From positions 85,519 to 149,518 of the forward strand of contig JAFNFT010000071.1 of NCBI GenBank assembly GCA_017885605.1: a stretch of DNA of 64,000 bases. The letters are read 5' to 3'. Shown here piece after piece: positions 44,816 to 55,467 of the stretch; position 1 is the stretch's first letter; each line of letters begins with the position of its first letter. Position numbers and translations under genes: made by a program. Below the pieces are notes generated by a model that saw only the letters and a list, made by a program, of their open reading frames with translations, had not been told where the DNA came from and ran no database searches. Source of the stretch: Methanobacteriota archaeon (GTDB lineage Archaea; Thermoplasmatota; E2; DHVEG-1).

Positions 44816-45999
44816 TGATAGAGGTGAGATGGTTGACATCAAAAAAAGATGTTGATGTATTTTCAGATGTAAAACGTTGCAGTAAATGTATTTTACCCCA
44901 AACTTTTCCAGGTATATCCTTTGACAAGAACGGTGTGTGTAAGTATTGTCATGACTGGGAACCTGTAAAAGTATTAGGTGAAAAAGAACTTGAAAAGAAA
45001 CTTCAGGAATATAAAAACAAAGGAGTAGAGTATGATGTTTTGGTCCCGTTTAGCGGTGGTAGGGATAGCTCATTTGTGTTGCATCAAATGGTTAAAAAAT
45101 ATCATATGAGAACTTTAGCAATTACTGTTGATAGTGGTTTTTTAACAAAAGAAGGTTTTCAGAACATAGAAACGGTTACCAAAGCATTACATGTTGATCA
45201 TGTATGGTTAAAAAATGAAGGAAAAATTGATACTTCGAAGCAGAACTGTAAAATTAAATTTCATGGCTGGCTAAAAAAACCATCGATTAACACTATTGTT
45301 CCTGTGTTGAACTCTGGTGATAAAACGATGAATCTTCAGATGTTTCAGTATGCTCATGATCATAATATTCCTGTGGTCATGGGTGGAAACAACATCGGGA
45401 ACAGTATTTTTGAGCAGGAGCATTGGAAGACCGGTTTTCTCGGTGTTTTCCCCAATGAACGAGGATACTACGGACCATCTGATCGGTTGAAGTTATCGTT
45501 TCTTTTTGGAGTCGAATATCTCCGAAATCCTGCGAACTTTAGTTTTCCTATTTTTAAAGAGTATTTCAAAGGAGCAAGTGTATATTTCTTTGAATCGTTT
45601 CTCAAACCAAACGATGTTGACACGCTAGGGTTCTACGACTATATCTACTGGGATGAAAAAAAGATACTGTCTACCATTCTGAAGGAAGCCGGTTGGAAAG
45701 GGGCGGCGGATACAACCGCAACTTGGCGGGTTGATGATTCCGCATATCCGTTAATTAACTACATGTATCATACACTCGTAGGTTTTACAGAGCATGATGA
45801 ATTCTATAGTAAGATGATTCGTGAGGGTCAGCTAACACGTAAAGAAGCATTGGAGCGATGTCTCTCAGATCAGAAACCCCGGTTGCCATCGCTTCATAGA
45901 ACGTTTGGGGAGTTGGACGTCACGAAAGAGCAGGTGGATGACTTACTCGAAAAATATAGGACGAAATTGCTAGGGCAGATCAAGGGAGATTACCGATGA
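44815..45999 (+). CDS. N-acetyl sugar amidotransferase (PP-loop ATP pyrophosphatase, WbuX/WbpG-like)
   Basis: N-terminal CxxC...CxxC (CSKCILP...CKYCHDW). PP-loop VPFSGGRDSSFVL. Matches the architecture of the LPS N-acetyl sugar amidotransferase family. Confidence 0.6.
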   Translation: MIEVRWLTSKKDVDVFSDVKRCSKCILPQTFPGISFDKNGVCKYCHDWEPVKVLGEKELEKKLQEYKNKGVEYDVLVPFSGGRDSSFVLHQMVKKYHMRTLAITVDSGFLTKEGFQNIETVTKALHVDHVWLKNEGKIDTSKQNCKIKFHGWLKKPSINTIVPVLNSGDKTMNLQMFQYAHDHNIPVVMGGNNIGNSIFEQEHWKTGFLGVFPNERGYYGPSDRLKLSFLFGVEYLRNPANFSFPIFKEYFKGASVYFFESFLKPNDVDTLGFYDYIYWDEKKILSTILKEAGWKGAADTTATWRVDDSAYPLINYMYHTLVGFTEHDEFYSKMIREGQLTRKEALERCLSDQKPRLPSLHRTFGELDVTKEQVDDLLEKYRTKLLGQIKGDYR

Positions 46000-46907
46000 A
46001 AATCGTCATACCAGGTGGTGCTGGGTTTGTTGGGCGAAATCTTGTCAGAATGCTCTATTCGACGAATCAAACCATGTCTGAAGTTATTATCTTCGATATC
46101 AACCAGATTAATTTAGAGTATGTCAAAAAGTATGGTGTTCACGCAGTCAATGCAGATCTCTCAAAACAAGGAGATTGGAATCATGAATTTGAGAATGCAG
46201 ACATGGTCATTAATCTTGCAGCTCAATTGTCTTCATCCAACCATGAACCATTCCATAGGAACAACGTATTGACTACGAAAAATATCATAGACGCAATGAA
46301 AAAAGCAAATGTTCAAAGAATCATTCATTTTAGTTCAGCAGCAGTTCTCTCTCTCTGGCAAGATGACTATGCTCGTACGAAAAATGAAGGGGAAAATCTC
46401 GTAAAGTCAAGTGATCTTGACTACTGTATTCTCCAACCCTCGATTATGTACGGACCAACCGATGAAACAAATATCGGCTATCTGATCAATTTTGCAAAAA
46501 AGATACCGGTTTTTCCCATACCCGGACAAGGAAAGTGGCCCAGACAACCTCTCTATATTGATGATGTATGTCGTTTGATTTTGAGAATTATTGAGGATTT
46601 CCCTCATAACGAGACTCTGAGTATCAATGGACAAGAGGTCATTTATTTCAAGGATATGGTCAAAATCGTCCTTCAAGAACTTGGAGGAATCAAATTTCGG
46701 GTTTTTTTGCCGATACGTCTTTTTACGGTCCTCATGATGATCTACCAGAAGGTAAAAGGGGTCACCGAATTTACCCCTGATCAAGTACGAGCTCTTACGA
46801 CCGTCGAGACCTTTCCAGAATACCCCTGGTGGGATACATTTGATATCCCAGTCACATCATTTGAGCAAGGTGTCAGAACAATGCTAACTCACAAGGAGAT
46901 GATATAA
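45996..46907 (+). CDS. NAD-dependent epimerase/dehydratase family protein (short form)
   Basis: IPGGAGFVGRNL and YARTK. Overlaps the upstream gene by 4 nt. Confidence 0.7.
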   Translation: MKIVIPGGAGFVGRNLVRMLYSTNQTMSEVIIFDINQINLEYVKKYGVHAVNADLSKQGDWNHEFENADMVINLAAQLSSSNHEPFHRNNVLTTKNIIDAMKKANVQRIIHFSSAAVLSLWQDDYARTKNEGENLVKSSDLDYCILQPSIMYGPTDETNIGYLINFAKKIPVFPIPGQGKWPRQPLYIDDVCRLILRIIEDFPHNETLSINGQEVIYFKDMVKIVLQELGGIKFRVFLPIRLFTVLMMIYQKVKGVTEFTPDQVRALTTVETFPEYPWWDTFDIPVTSFEQGVRTMLTHKEMI

Positions 46908-47020
46908 GGGGGGATTTGGGCTATTTCAAAGATTCCAAGCAATATCTATCTCGAATTCAAAGAATAATACTCAACTATGAAAAGAATATCTATGACTAAA
47001 TATTTTAGGAAACGAGTCGA

Positions 47021-48199
47021 ATGAAAATTCTATTCTTACAGGATACTGATTGGATTAAGCGTAATCCTCATCAACAAGTTCATTTAGCAGAACGTATGGT
47101 ACAAAGGGACCACGAGGTTCGTGTCATCGACTACGAAATCCTCTGGCATGATGAGAAGAAACGGGAGTTATTATCGAAAAAAAAGATTCATACCGTTAGT
47201 AAAGTCTTTCCTGACGTAAAAATCACCGTCATCCGCCCCCCGATTCTCAAAATACTCCTTCTTGATTATATCTCGATGCTTTTTACGTATTCGCGAGAAA
47301 TCAAACATCAGATCAAGGAGTTCAAACCCGATGTCATCTTCTCCATGGACATCCTTATTGCATTTCTCGCATATCCTCTTGCAAAGCGTCATGGTATCCG
47401 AGTCGTTTACTATACAATCGATATCGATTATCGCCTTATTCCCTATCAATTCCTTCAACCCCTTGGGAAATGGTTAGAGAGTTGGAATATCCGGCGTGCG
47501 GACCTGGTTCTCTCCATCAACGAAGGATTACGAGAATATACTATTCGAATGGGTGCCGATCCAAAGAAGACAATGGTGATTCGTGCTGGTGTCGATTTTC
47601 AGAGATTTCACTCGGGAGTTAACGGTGATGAGATACGGAAAAAATACGGTATTGGGCAGGATGATACTCTATTGTTTTTTGTCGGCTGGTTGTATCATTT
47701 CTCAGGATTAAAAGAAGTTGTAGTTGAGCTATCAAAAATAAAAAGAGACGACATTAAACTTTTAATCGTCGGCGATGGAGATGGTTATGATGATCTCAAA
47801 CAAATGATGTCAGACTATCATCTTGAAAATAAAATGATTATGACCGGTAAGCAACCATACGATTTACTTCCACAATATCTTGCTGCAGCAGATATCTGCT
47901 TACTTCCAGCATATAACAATGAGATTATGAGGGATATTGTACCTATAAAAATGTATGAATACATGGCAATGGGAAATCCTGTTATTGCTACAAGACTACC
48001 AGGTATTGAAAAAGAATTTGGTGATGATAATGGCATTATTTTTATTAATAATTCGAATGAAACAGTAAACAGATCATTAGAATTAATCGAAAAGGGAGTA
48101 ATAATCAGTGAAGGAAAAAAAGCGAGGAAGTTTATTGAAAAAAACGATTGGAACAAAATTACAGATGATTTTGAAAAGGTTTTAAAGGAATTAATATGA
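47021..48199 (+). CDS. Glycosyltransferase family 4 (GT-B)
   Basis: C-terminal GT4 pattern LLFFVGWLYHFSGLKEVV...IVGDGDGYDDLKQ...EYMAMGNPVIAT. Confidence 0.8.
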   Translation: MKILFLQDTDWIKRNPHQQVHLAERMVQRDHEVRVIDYEILWHDEKKRELLSKKKIHTVSKVFPDVKITVIRPPILKILLLDYISMLFTYSREIKHQIKEFKPDVIFSMDILIAFLAYPLAKRHGIRVVYYTIDIDYRLIPYQFLQPLGKWLESWNIRRADLVLSINEGLREYTIRMGADPKKTMVIRAGVDFQRFHSGVNGDEIRKKYGIGQDDTLLFFVGWLYHFSGLKEVVVELSKIKRDDIKLLIVGDGDGYDDLKQMMSDYHLENKMIMTGKQPYDLLPQYLAAADICLLPAYNNEIMRDIVPIKMYEYMAMGNPVIATRLPGIEKEFGDDNGIIFINNSNETVNRSLELIEKGVIISEGKKARKFIEKNDWNKITDDFEKVLKELI

Positions 48200-49335
48200 A
48201 AATTCTGCATGTTATTCCTTATTTCAATCCGAAGCGCGGCGGAGATGTGAATGTGTGTTATCACATTGCAAAACATCTCGCTAAGCGAGGATATGATGTA
48301 ACGATATTTACTACGGATTTTGAATTCGATGAGAAGTTTGCTCGTACTCTTAATGGTGTTCGTGTCGTTCCGTTTCATTGTTGTCTCAATATTCAATTAT
48401 TTCTTTATTCACCTCAGATGAAAAAGGAGTTGAAAAAAGAAATTAAAAATTTTGATATTATTCACGTACATGATTTTCGAACGTATCAGAATGTCGTAGG
48501 GCATCACTATGCAATGAACTATCACGTCCCTATTGTATTACAGGCTCATGGAGATATTCCGTTCTTTGAAAAAAGCAGATTAAAAACTCTTTATGATTTT
48601 GTTTGGGGAAAACGGATTTTAAATAATACGACAAAAGTTATTGCTCTTACTAAGGTGGAAGCAGAACAGTACAAGAAGATGGGTGTGAATCCAAATAAAA
48701 TTGAGATTATACCGAATGGAGTGGATCTCTCTGAATATGAGAACCTGCCTGAAAGAGGAATCTTTAGGAAAAAATATGGAATAAACAACGATGAAAAAAT
48801 TGTTTTGTATCTAGGTAGGATTCATAGGATTAAAGGTATTGATCTACTGGTCGAGGCATTCGCAGATCTGGAAAAAGAAATGGATGATGTGAAGCTTGTA
48901 ATTGCTGGGCCTGACGACGGATTTTTATCAATTTTGGAAAGGAAAATAAACGATTTGAAGATTGGTAGAAAAATTTTGTTTACAGGTCCACTTTATGAAC
49001 GGGATAAATTCGGAGCGTATGTGGATGCCGATGTCTATGTTCTTCCCTCCGTCTATGATGCATTTCCAAATACCGTTCTTGAAGCATGGGCTTGTGGCAC
49101 GCCTGTAATCGTTACGGATCGCTGTGGGATTGCCAACCTTGTGGACGATAAAGTCGGATGTGTAGTTGAATTTGATAAAAGTCAATTAAGGAATACAATG
49201 TTCAAGGTTTTGAGTAATGAAAAATTGAGGAGGAAATTTGGGGAAAATGGCAGGAAATTAGTTGATGAACGATTCGATTGGGGTAAAATTATTGATAGGG
49301 TAGAAAAAGTGTATTCTGCATTGAAGAACCGGTAA
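48196..49335 (+). CDS. Glycosyltransferase family 4 (GT-B)
   Basis: ILHVIPYFNPKRGGD...YLGRIHRIKGIDLLVEAF...IAGPDDG...EAWACGTPVIVTD. Overlaps the upstream gene by 4 nt. Confidence 0.85.
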   Translation: MKILHVIPYFNPKRGGDVNVCYHIAKHLAKRGYDVTIFTTDFEFDEKFARTLNGVRVVPFHCCLNIQLFLYSPQMKKELKKEIKNFDIIHVHDFRTYQNVVGHHYAMNYHVPIVLQAHGDIPFFEKSRLKTLYDFVWGKRILNNTTKVIALTKVEAEQYKKMGVNPNKIEIIPNGVDLSEYENLPERGIFRKKYGINNDEKIVLYLGRIHRIKGIDLLVEAFADLEKEMDDVKLVIAGPDDGFLSILERKINDLKIGRKILFTGPLYERDKFGAYVDADVYVLPSVYDAFPNTVLEAWACGTPVIVTDRCGIANLVDDKVGCVVEFDKSQLRNTMFKVLSNEKLRRKFGENGRKLVDERFDWGKIIDRVEKVYSALKNR

Positions 49336-49363
49336 AGATAGCTTTACAAGGAGTTGATTAATT

Positions 49364-50725
49364 TTGACAAGTGTAAATTCTGATGTATGCAATGTTGAAA
49401 AAAAGAAACGAATTCTCTTCATCGGTTATAACCTACCTCCACTGGGAGGTCCCCACAGTAACAGACTCATTAATTTTGTTAATTATCTTGATAAATTAGG
49501 TTGGAAGGTTGATGTATTGACAATTTCACCTCCTCCAAGTTTTCCTCTTTATGACAATAATTCAGGTAACTGTTTTCGAGAATCTATTAGGTTTTTCAGA
49601 ACTTCTCATGGATTTATAAATAGAACTTACTATGATATGATGAAAACTGCTAACGATAAAATAAAACATGCATACACATCCGATAGTAAAATAAATGCCA
49701 AAAAATTACGAACTTACCTCTTGAAAATTCTTAGACATATTGCAAATTCTGTATTGGTACCGGATAGCACGATTGAGTGGTTTCCTTTTGGAGTTTATCA
49801 AGGGCTCAAGCTAACAAAAAAATACAAATATGATCTTTTGATTTCTTCAGCATTTCCCGCTACTTGTCACTTTATTGCCTACATCATTAAGAAACGAAGA
49901 GGTCTGCCATGGATTGCTGATTACGGAGACCCATGGGTTTTTAATCCCACGTTCAATCCCAAAAGAATTAAGTTTCCTATTGAATATAAAGTAGAATCGA
50001 GTATTTTAAAAGCAGCTGATGCTATAATTGTGACAGCTGATGAAACTAAGCAGAATTATTTAAAAAACTATCCTGTGCTTAAGGAAGAAAAAATAATTGT
50101 TATACCGATGGGTACAGATTATAATTTGTTTAAAAGAATGCAAATTGAAAGATCAAAAAAATTTAGAATATTATATGCTGGTACGTTGTATGCTGGTACA
50201 AAATATGGATCTAAAAATCTAGAGCCGTTTTTAGATGCAGTTGAATTACTTTTTGAACAGGAGAAATTTAGGAAGGACATTGAAATCATTTTCATTGGTA
50301 ATATTCTAGATGATGCTATTGAAGTTATAGAAAACAAACAACTTCAGGATAAAGTAATACTTAAAGGGTATCTTCCACATGATAAAATCCCCTCTTTACT
50401 TATGGGTTCGGATATACTTCTTTTATTTGGCGGGGAGGGCGAAATTCAAGTTGCCAGTAAAATATTTGAGTACATCGCCGCACGGAGACCCATTTTATGT
50501 GTAAAAGGAAGTGAAAAGGATCCAACATTAAAATTACTTCAAGGATTGAATAGGGGAATTATTGTGGATAATAAAAAGGAGAATATTTATTCAGAAATAA
50601 TTGGGCTATACAATCTTTATCAAAAACAAGAACTTGAGGGGACATTCGATTTAAGAGCGAGACTGGATTGTTCATGGGAAAATAGGGTAAGGGTTTTAGA
50701 TAAAATATGTGGTGAATTAATATGA
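49364..50725 (+). CDS. GT-B fold glycosyltransferase (GT4-like, divergent)
   Basis: ILFIGYNLPPLGGPHSNRL N-terminal donor-site-like motif and C-terminal FEYIAARRPILC. Weaker match. Confidence 0.5.
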   Translation: MTSVNSDVCNVEKKKRILFIGYNLPPLGGPHSNRLINFVNYLDKLGWKVDVLTISPPPSFPLYDNNSGNCFRESIRFFRTSHGFINRTYYDMMKTANDKIKHAYTSDSKINAKKLRTYLLKILRHIANSVLVPDSTIEWFPFGVYQGLKLTKKYKYDLLISSAFPATCHFIAYIIKKRRGLPWIADYGDPWVFNPTFNPKRIKFPIEYKVESSILKAADAIIVTADETKQNYLKNYPVLKEEKIIVIPMGTDYNLFKRMQIERSKKFRILYAGTLYAGTKYGSKNLEPFLDAVELLFEQEKFRKDIEIIFIGNILDDAIEVIENKQLQDKVILKGYLPHDKIPSLLMGSDILLLFGGEGEIQVASKIFEYIAARRPILCVKGSEKDPTLKLLQGLNRGIIVDNKKENIYSEIIGLYNLYQKQELEGTFDLRARLDCSWENRVRVLDKICGELI

Positions 50726-50821
50726 TGGCCAAAAAATATCTTAAAACCCAAACTTTGGATTGTTAAAATATGAAGTTTAGATATTGTTTTAGATATATCT
50801 TTTTTTGGCACTAATAGGGGA

Positions 50822-51589
50822 ATGTTATATATGGTAATGAAGAACATGAGATTTAAAAATAGATCTGTAATTGTAACAGGTAGCTCAAGGGGTTTAGGAA
50901 AGGTAATGGCTTTGGCCTTCGCAAGGGAAGGGGCCAATATTGTAGTTAATTATGTAAAAAATGTCAAAGCAGCAAAGGAGGTTGCAAATTCAATTGGGAA
51001 AATTGGCAGTCGCTTCTTAGTGATTAAAGCCGACGTTGCAGAGTATAAGCAAGTAGAGAAATTAGTGGAACAAACTTTAGATGAGTTTGGAAAGATAGAT
51101 GTATTGATCAATAATACCGGCGTTCATAATGACAGTGTTGTTTGGAAGATGGATAATGAACAATGGAATGACATTATAGATGTTAATCTTACAGGTGTTT
51201 TTCATTGTACAAGGGCTGTAATAGGACATATGATAAAACAAGAATATGGGCGGATTATAAATATGTCCTCGGTTGTTGGACAAATTGGTGCATTTGGCAC
51301 ATCAAACTACTCTGCTTCAAAAGCAGGTATAATTGGGTTTACCAAAGCAGTAGCAAAAGAGGTTGCAAAAAAAGGAGTAACAGTAAATGCTATTGCAGTA
51401 GGTTACATTGATGTAGGCATGGGCCGGAGACTTCCACAAGAACTGAAAAATACTTTAATTCAACAGACGCCCATTGGAAGATTTGGGAAGCCAAAAGAAG
51501 TTGCACAAACAGTTATGTTTTTAGCTTCAAAGGATGCTAGTTTTATCACAGGCCAAGTGATTAATGTAAATGGAGGCTATTATTTATGA
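50822..51589 (+). CDS. SDR family oxidoreductase (3-oxoacyl-ACP reductase FabG-like)
   Basis: VTGSSRGLGKVMA, NNTGV and catalytic SNYSASKAG. Confidence 0.85.
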   Translation: MLYMVMKNMRFKNRSVIVTGSSRGLGKVMALAFAREGANIVVNYVKNVKAAKEVANSIGKIGSRFLVIKADVAEYKQVEKLVEQTLDEFGKIDVLINNTGVHNDSVVWKMDNEQWNDIIDVNLTGVFHCTRAVIGHMIKQEYGRIINMSSVVGQIGAFGTSNYSASKAGIIGFTKAVAKEVAKKGVTVNAIAVGYIDVGMGRRLPQELKNTLIQQTPIGRFGKPKEVAQTVMFLASKDASFITGQVINVNGGYYL

Positions 51590-52455
51590 TTCTATGTAAT
51601 AAAAAGAAAGTTGGATACAAATTCAAAGTTGGTAAGAATGTCAAGATAGTATGTGATACAATGATAGTGGGCGATGAAACAATAATAGAAGATGGTACAG
51701 ATATTTATTTACATGGTAAATTGGAAATCGGTAATTTAAGTAATATCGGCCCAAATACTACTATTAGAGGAAATAATGTATCCATTGGCTCTGAGTTTTT
51801 TAGTGATGGAGGCTTAGAAATTGGTGGAGGGGGTTGGCACAATCCAATTGCAAATCTAATTATAGGTGATAGATGTGTTATGCATAACAATCATATCAAT
51901 ATCAACAGTCCAATTACTATATGTAATCATGTTGGTTTGAGCCCCAATGTAGATTTAATAACACACGGGTACTGGCTTTCAATATTGAAAGGATTCCCTT
52001 TTAGAGAAGGGCCAATTACTATAAAAGATAATGTGATCGTTGGAAGAAATAGTATTATTTTAGCTAATGTTTTAATAGGTGAAAATGCCGTTATTGGTGC
52101 TGGTTCCATCGTTACAAAAAATGTTGATGCTTATCATGTAGTTGGAGGTGTCCCGGCCAAAACAATTTACATCATCAAACCAAATAAATTAACAATGACG
52201 GAAAAGGAAAAAATAGCCAAAAATATCATAAATGAGTATAAAAAATCATTAGCGTTTAGAAAAATCACCGATGTTAAAATAAACTTAGAATATCCAAAAG
52301 TTTATGTAAACAACGCAGTTTTTAATTTAGAAAAAGAGACTTTTGATGTAAAAGATCATACAGATATTACTGATGATTTTAGGGATTTTATGCGAAGAAA
52401 GGGCATATGGTTTTATGGTAGAAGGTTTAAATCTATTAGAAAAGTGATATTATGA
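51586..52455 (+). CDS. Hexapeptide-repeat (left-handed beta-helix) acyl/acetyltransferase
   Basis: Runs of [LIV]-G-x-x-x-x hexads (IGNLSNIGPNTTIRGNNVSIGSE...IGDRCVMHNNHININ...IGENAVIGAGSIVT). Confidence 0.65.
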   Translation: MILCNKKKVGYKFKVGKNVKIVCDTMIVGDETIIEDGTDIYLHGKLEIGNLSNIGPNTTIRGNNVSIGSEFFSDGGLEIGGGGWHNPIANLIIGDRCVMHNNHININSPITICNHVGLSPNVDLITHGYWLSILKGFPFREGPITIKDNVIVGRNSIILANVLIGENAVIGAGSIVTKNVDAYHVVGGVPAKTIYIIKPNKLTMTEKEKIAKNIINEYKKSLAFRKITDVKINLEYPKVYVNNAVFNLEKETFDVKDHTDITDDFRDFMRRKGIWFYGRRFKSIRKVIL

Positions 52456-53057
52456 AAATATTAGTAATAGGAGCACATCCTGATGATATCGAACTGGGAT
52501 GTGGCGGAACTATCAATTTATATAATTCGAATAACCACCCGGTTTATGGTCTAATATTAAGTAATGGAGAAAGATCAGGTGACCCGGTAATCAGGAAACA
52601 AGAGACTGTAGATTCATTGAACGCATTAGGTGTTAAAAGGTTGTTCTTTGGAGAATTACCTGATACTAAAATAGGAAATGATATATCTACAATTAGTGTA
52701 ATAGAAAATATTGTTAACAAATTAAAACCGGATATTATTTTTACTCATTCTATAAACGAGATACATCAAGATCATCGGAATACTGCATTATCTACATTTT
52801 CAGCAGCGAGAAATGTTCCCACAATACTATGTTATGAAAGCCCATCATTGATGTTAGATTTTAAACCTCAATGCTACTACGATATAATAAAAACCATTGA
52901 TCAAAAAATTGAGGCTTTAAAACTCCATAAATCCCAAATTGATAAACGATATTTTAAAATCGATGCTATTTTTGGTCTTGCTAAGTATAGGGGAAATCAA
53001 ATGAATCTAAAATATGCAGAATCATTTGAAGTATTTAAAATGCTAAATTTTGTTTAA
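52452..53057 (+). CDS. PIG-L/LmbE family N-acetyl-sugar deacetylase (copy 1)
   Basis: GAHPDDIELGCGGT plus a downstream HQDH metal-binding motif. Confidence 0.8.
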   Translation: MKILVIGAHPDDIELGCGGTINLYNSNNHPVYGLILSNGERSGDPVIRKQETVDSLNALGVKRLFFGELPDTKIGNDISTISVIENIVNKLKPDIIFTHSINEIHQDHRNTALSTFSAARNVPTILCYESPSLMLDFKPQCYYDIIKTIDQKIEALKLHKSQIDKRYFKIDAIFGLAKYRGNQMNLKYAESFEVFKMLNFV

Positions 53058-53125
53058 TATATTTTAAAGCAGAACATATAATGATGATGGATGAAAAAGA
53101 AAATCTAGAGGATCGATAAGTTAAA

Positions 53126-54313
53126 ATGAAAATCTGTCACATAACTTATGATTTTCCACCCACCAAGGGTGGAGTTGAAACGCATAATTATTCATTAGTT
53201 AAGTATTTACTTAAAAAAGGCTATGATGTGGATGTAATAGTTCTAAGATCTTCTTTACCAAAGGCGCAAATTGCAAAAGCATCTGCCACTGTTAATAAAG
53301 GTATAAAAGTACACGACATTTCTCCTAAGCCCTTTCCATTCTGGATTTTTCAGGTAAGAAAAAAGATTAAAAAAATAGAGGAAGAAGGAAAAATAGACGT
53401 TTTTGACATTCATTCAATAAATCATGCGTTCCCATTTGTATTTCAGAAGAGAAAAATTGTTTTTTCTTTACATTACTTTGAACTAAATTGTCCAGGTCCG
53501 CGAGTAAATCCTTTTCCTCAACCATGTATCAGTTCTTTTACGAAATGTTGGCGATGTTGCGGTATCAAGCGCTATTTCGAATGGAAGTTGACAAGATGTC
53601 TCGCCATAAAAAAGACAACAAAATTTATGGCTAAATATGATCATATGAAAAAATTAATAGTTAAAAGCGGAGTCGGAGAAGACAGAATCAAAGTGGTTCC
53701 GCACTGGATAGATGTAGATAAAAATAGAAAAATAATGGAAAATTCTAAATTAACAATTGTCGGTGTCGATGAACATAACAATATTTTTGTTCATGTAGGT
53801 AGACTATCGCCAGAAAAGGGAGTTATGGAATTGTTAAAAGCATTTAATATTCTAATTAAAAAATATAAAAATGCAAAATTAATTTTTGTAGGTGATGGTG
53901 TTCTTAAGACCAAAATGGAAGATTTTTGTAGTAAGAACAATATCGATAATAATGTTATTTTCGTTGGAGCAGTGAAACATGATGCTATTTTTAAATATCT
54001 TTCTATAACTAATTATATTGTATCTTGTCAACTTTACGATAACTATGGATGGGCTTTACTCGAATATATGTGTGCAGTAAAGCCAATTATTGCAACAAAT
54101 GTGGGGGCAACATCAGACATTCTTGAAGATGGTTATAATGCTCTATTCGCAGAGCCAACTATAGAATCTTTAAGTATGAAAATGCAGGAAATATTAGAGA
54201 ATCCAAAGTTAGCGAAAAAGATAGCGAAAAACGCATTAGAAACAGTAAGAGCGAAACATGGATATGGAAATTTGAGGAAATATGAAGAGCTTGTCAAAGA
54301 GGTGGTTGAATGA
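53126..54313 (+). CDS. Glycosyltransferase family 4 (GT-B)
   Basis: HVGRLSPEKGVMELLKAF...FVGDG...EYMCAVKPIIATNVG. Confidence 0.8.
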   Translation: MKICHITYDFPPTKGGVETHNYSLVKYLLKKGYDVDVIVLRSSLPKAQIAKASATVNKGIKVHDISPKPFPFWIFQVRKKIKKIEEEGKIDVFDIHSINHAFPFVFQKRKIVFSLHYFELNCPGPRVNPFPQPCISSFTKCWRCCGIKRYFEWKLTRCLAIKKTTKFMAKYDHMKKLIVKSGVGEDRIKVVPHWIDVDKNRKIMENSKLTIVGVDEHNNIFVHVGRLSPEKGVMELLKAFNILIKKYKNAKLIFVGDGVLKTKMEDFCSKNNIDNNVIFVGAVKHDAIFKYLSITNYIVSCQLYDNYGWALLEYMCAVKPIIATNVGATSDILEDGYNALFAEPTIESLSMKMQEILENPKLAKKIAKNALETVRAKHGYGNLRKYEELVKEVVE

Positions 54314-55464
54314 ATATTTGTGTAATTGCTTCGGGGTATCCTTCTCGATCTAATCCTGTTTTAGATATTTTTATCCATGAACAAGCGAGAGAGATGGTCA
54401 GACAAGGATTGAACATTCATGTGATTACGATCGGCACTAGTGAAGATTTTTGTGAGGAGATAATGGATGGAGTCTATGTCCATAGAGTAATTCGTGATGA
54501 TTTTAAACCATCGTATTTGCTATTTCTTGCATTCTCCTTAAAGGCCTTAAGGGCTGCGATTCAATTAAATCGTAAATTGAGATTTGACATAATCCATTCT
54601 CATTTTGCAGATCATGCTGGGTTTGCCGGAGCAGTCATATCAAAATTGTTAGGAAAACCCTTTGTGCTAACATCACATGGTTATGATATATATTATAACA
54701 AAAAGTTAGGTTATGGGCTAGGTTCCCATTTGCCCTCACGACTTTTAATATGGTTTATTCTTAAAATGCCAAGCAAAATAACAGTAGCAAGTAAGGCATT
54801 AAAGAATCAGCTAAAAACTTGGAATGTTGATTCCAAGAAAATCGAGATTATAAATAATGGGATAAATTTGGATTTCATAAAGAGCGATATTACTCCAAAA
54901 ATAATTAAAAATTCTCAAGTTATATTAACAGTAGCCAATCTTTTACCAATTAAAAACATTGGATATATGCTGGAAGCAATGCCTTATGTGCTTGAAAAAT
55001 TTACAGATGTTCGATATATAGTTGTGGGCGATGGCCCCGAGAGAGAAAAATTGGAGAGAATCGCAGACAAAAGAGAATTGACCAATAATGTTGATTTTGT
55101 CGGCGAACTTAGAAATAATGAATTGCCACGATATTATTCAATGGCTGATGTATTTGTGTTGCCATCGGTTCATGAAGGTTTTGGGATTGTAAAGTTAGAA
55201 GCATTTGCTTTTGGAGTGCCTGTTATTGTTACAAATGGCGGAGGAGCTGTTGAAGGGGTAAACCATGGGGAAAACGGATTTGTGGTGCCGCTTAACCAGC
55301 CGAAAAAATTAGCAGAAGCAATTATCACAATACTAGCTAACCCTGAGTTAAAAGAGAGTATGGGTCGAAGAGGAAAAGAAATCGTGATGAAAAACTATCT
55401 ATGGAAACATAATGTCAAAAAAGTTATCAAAGTCTACAGTGGGTTGATGAGTAATCACACGTGA
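54310..55464 (+). CDS. Glycosyltransferase family 4 (GT-B)
   Basis: LTSHGYD..., VVGDGPEREKLE and LEAFAFGVPVIVTNGGG. Confidence 0.85.
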   Translation: MNICVIASGYPSRSNPVLDIFIHEQAREMVRQGLNIHVITIGTSEDFCEEIMDGVYVHRVIRDDFKPSYLLFLAFSLKALRAAIQLNRKLRFDIIHSHFADHAGFAGAVISKLLGKPFVLTSHGYDIYYNKKLGYGLGSHLPSRLLIWFILKMPSKITVASKALKNQLKTWNVDSKKIEIINNGINLDFIKSDITPKIIKNSQVILTVANLLPIKNIGYMLEAMPYVLEKFTDVRYIVVGDGPEREKLERIADKRELTNNVDFVGELRNNELPRYYSMADVFVLPSVHEGFGIVKLEAFAFGVPVIVTNGGGAVEGVNHGENGFVVPLNQPKKLAEAIITILANPELKESMGRRGKEIVMKNYLWKHNVKKVIKVYSGLMSNHT

Positions 55465-55467
55465 TAT

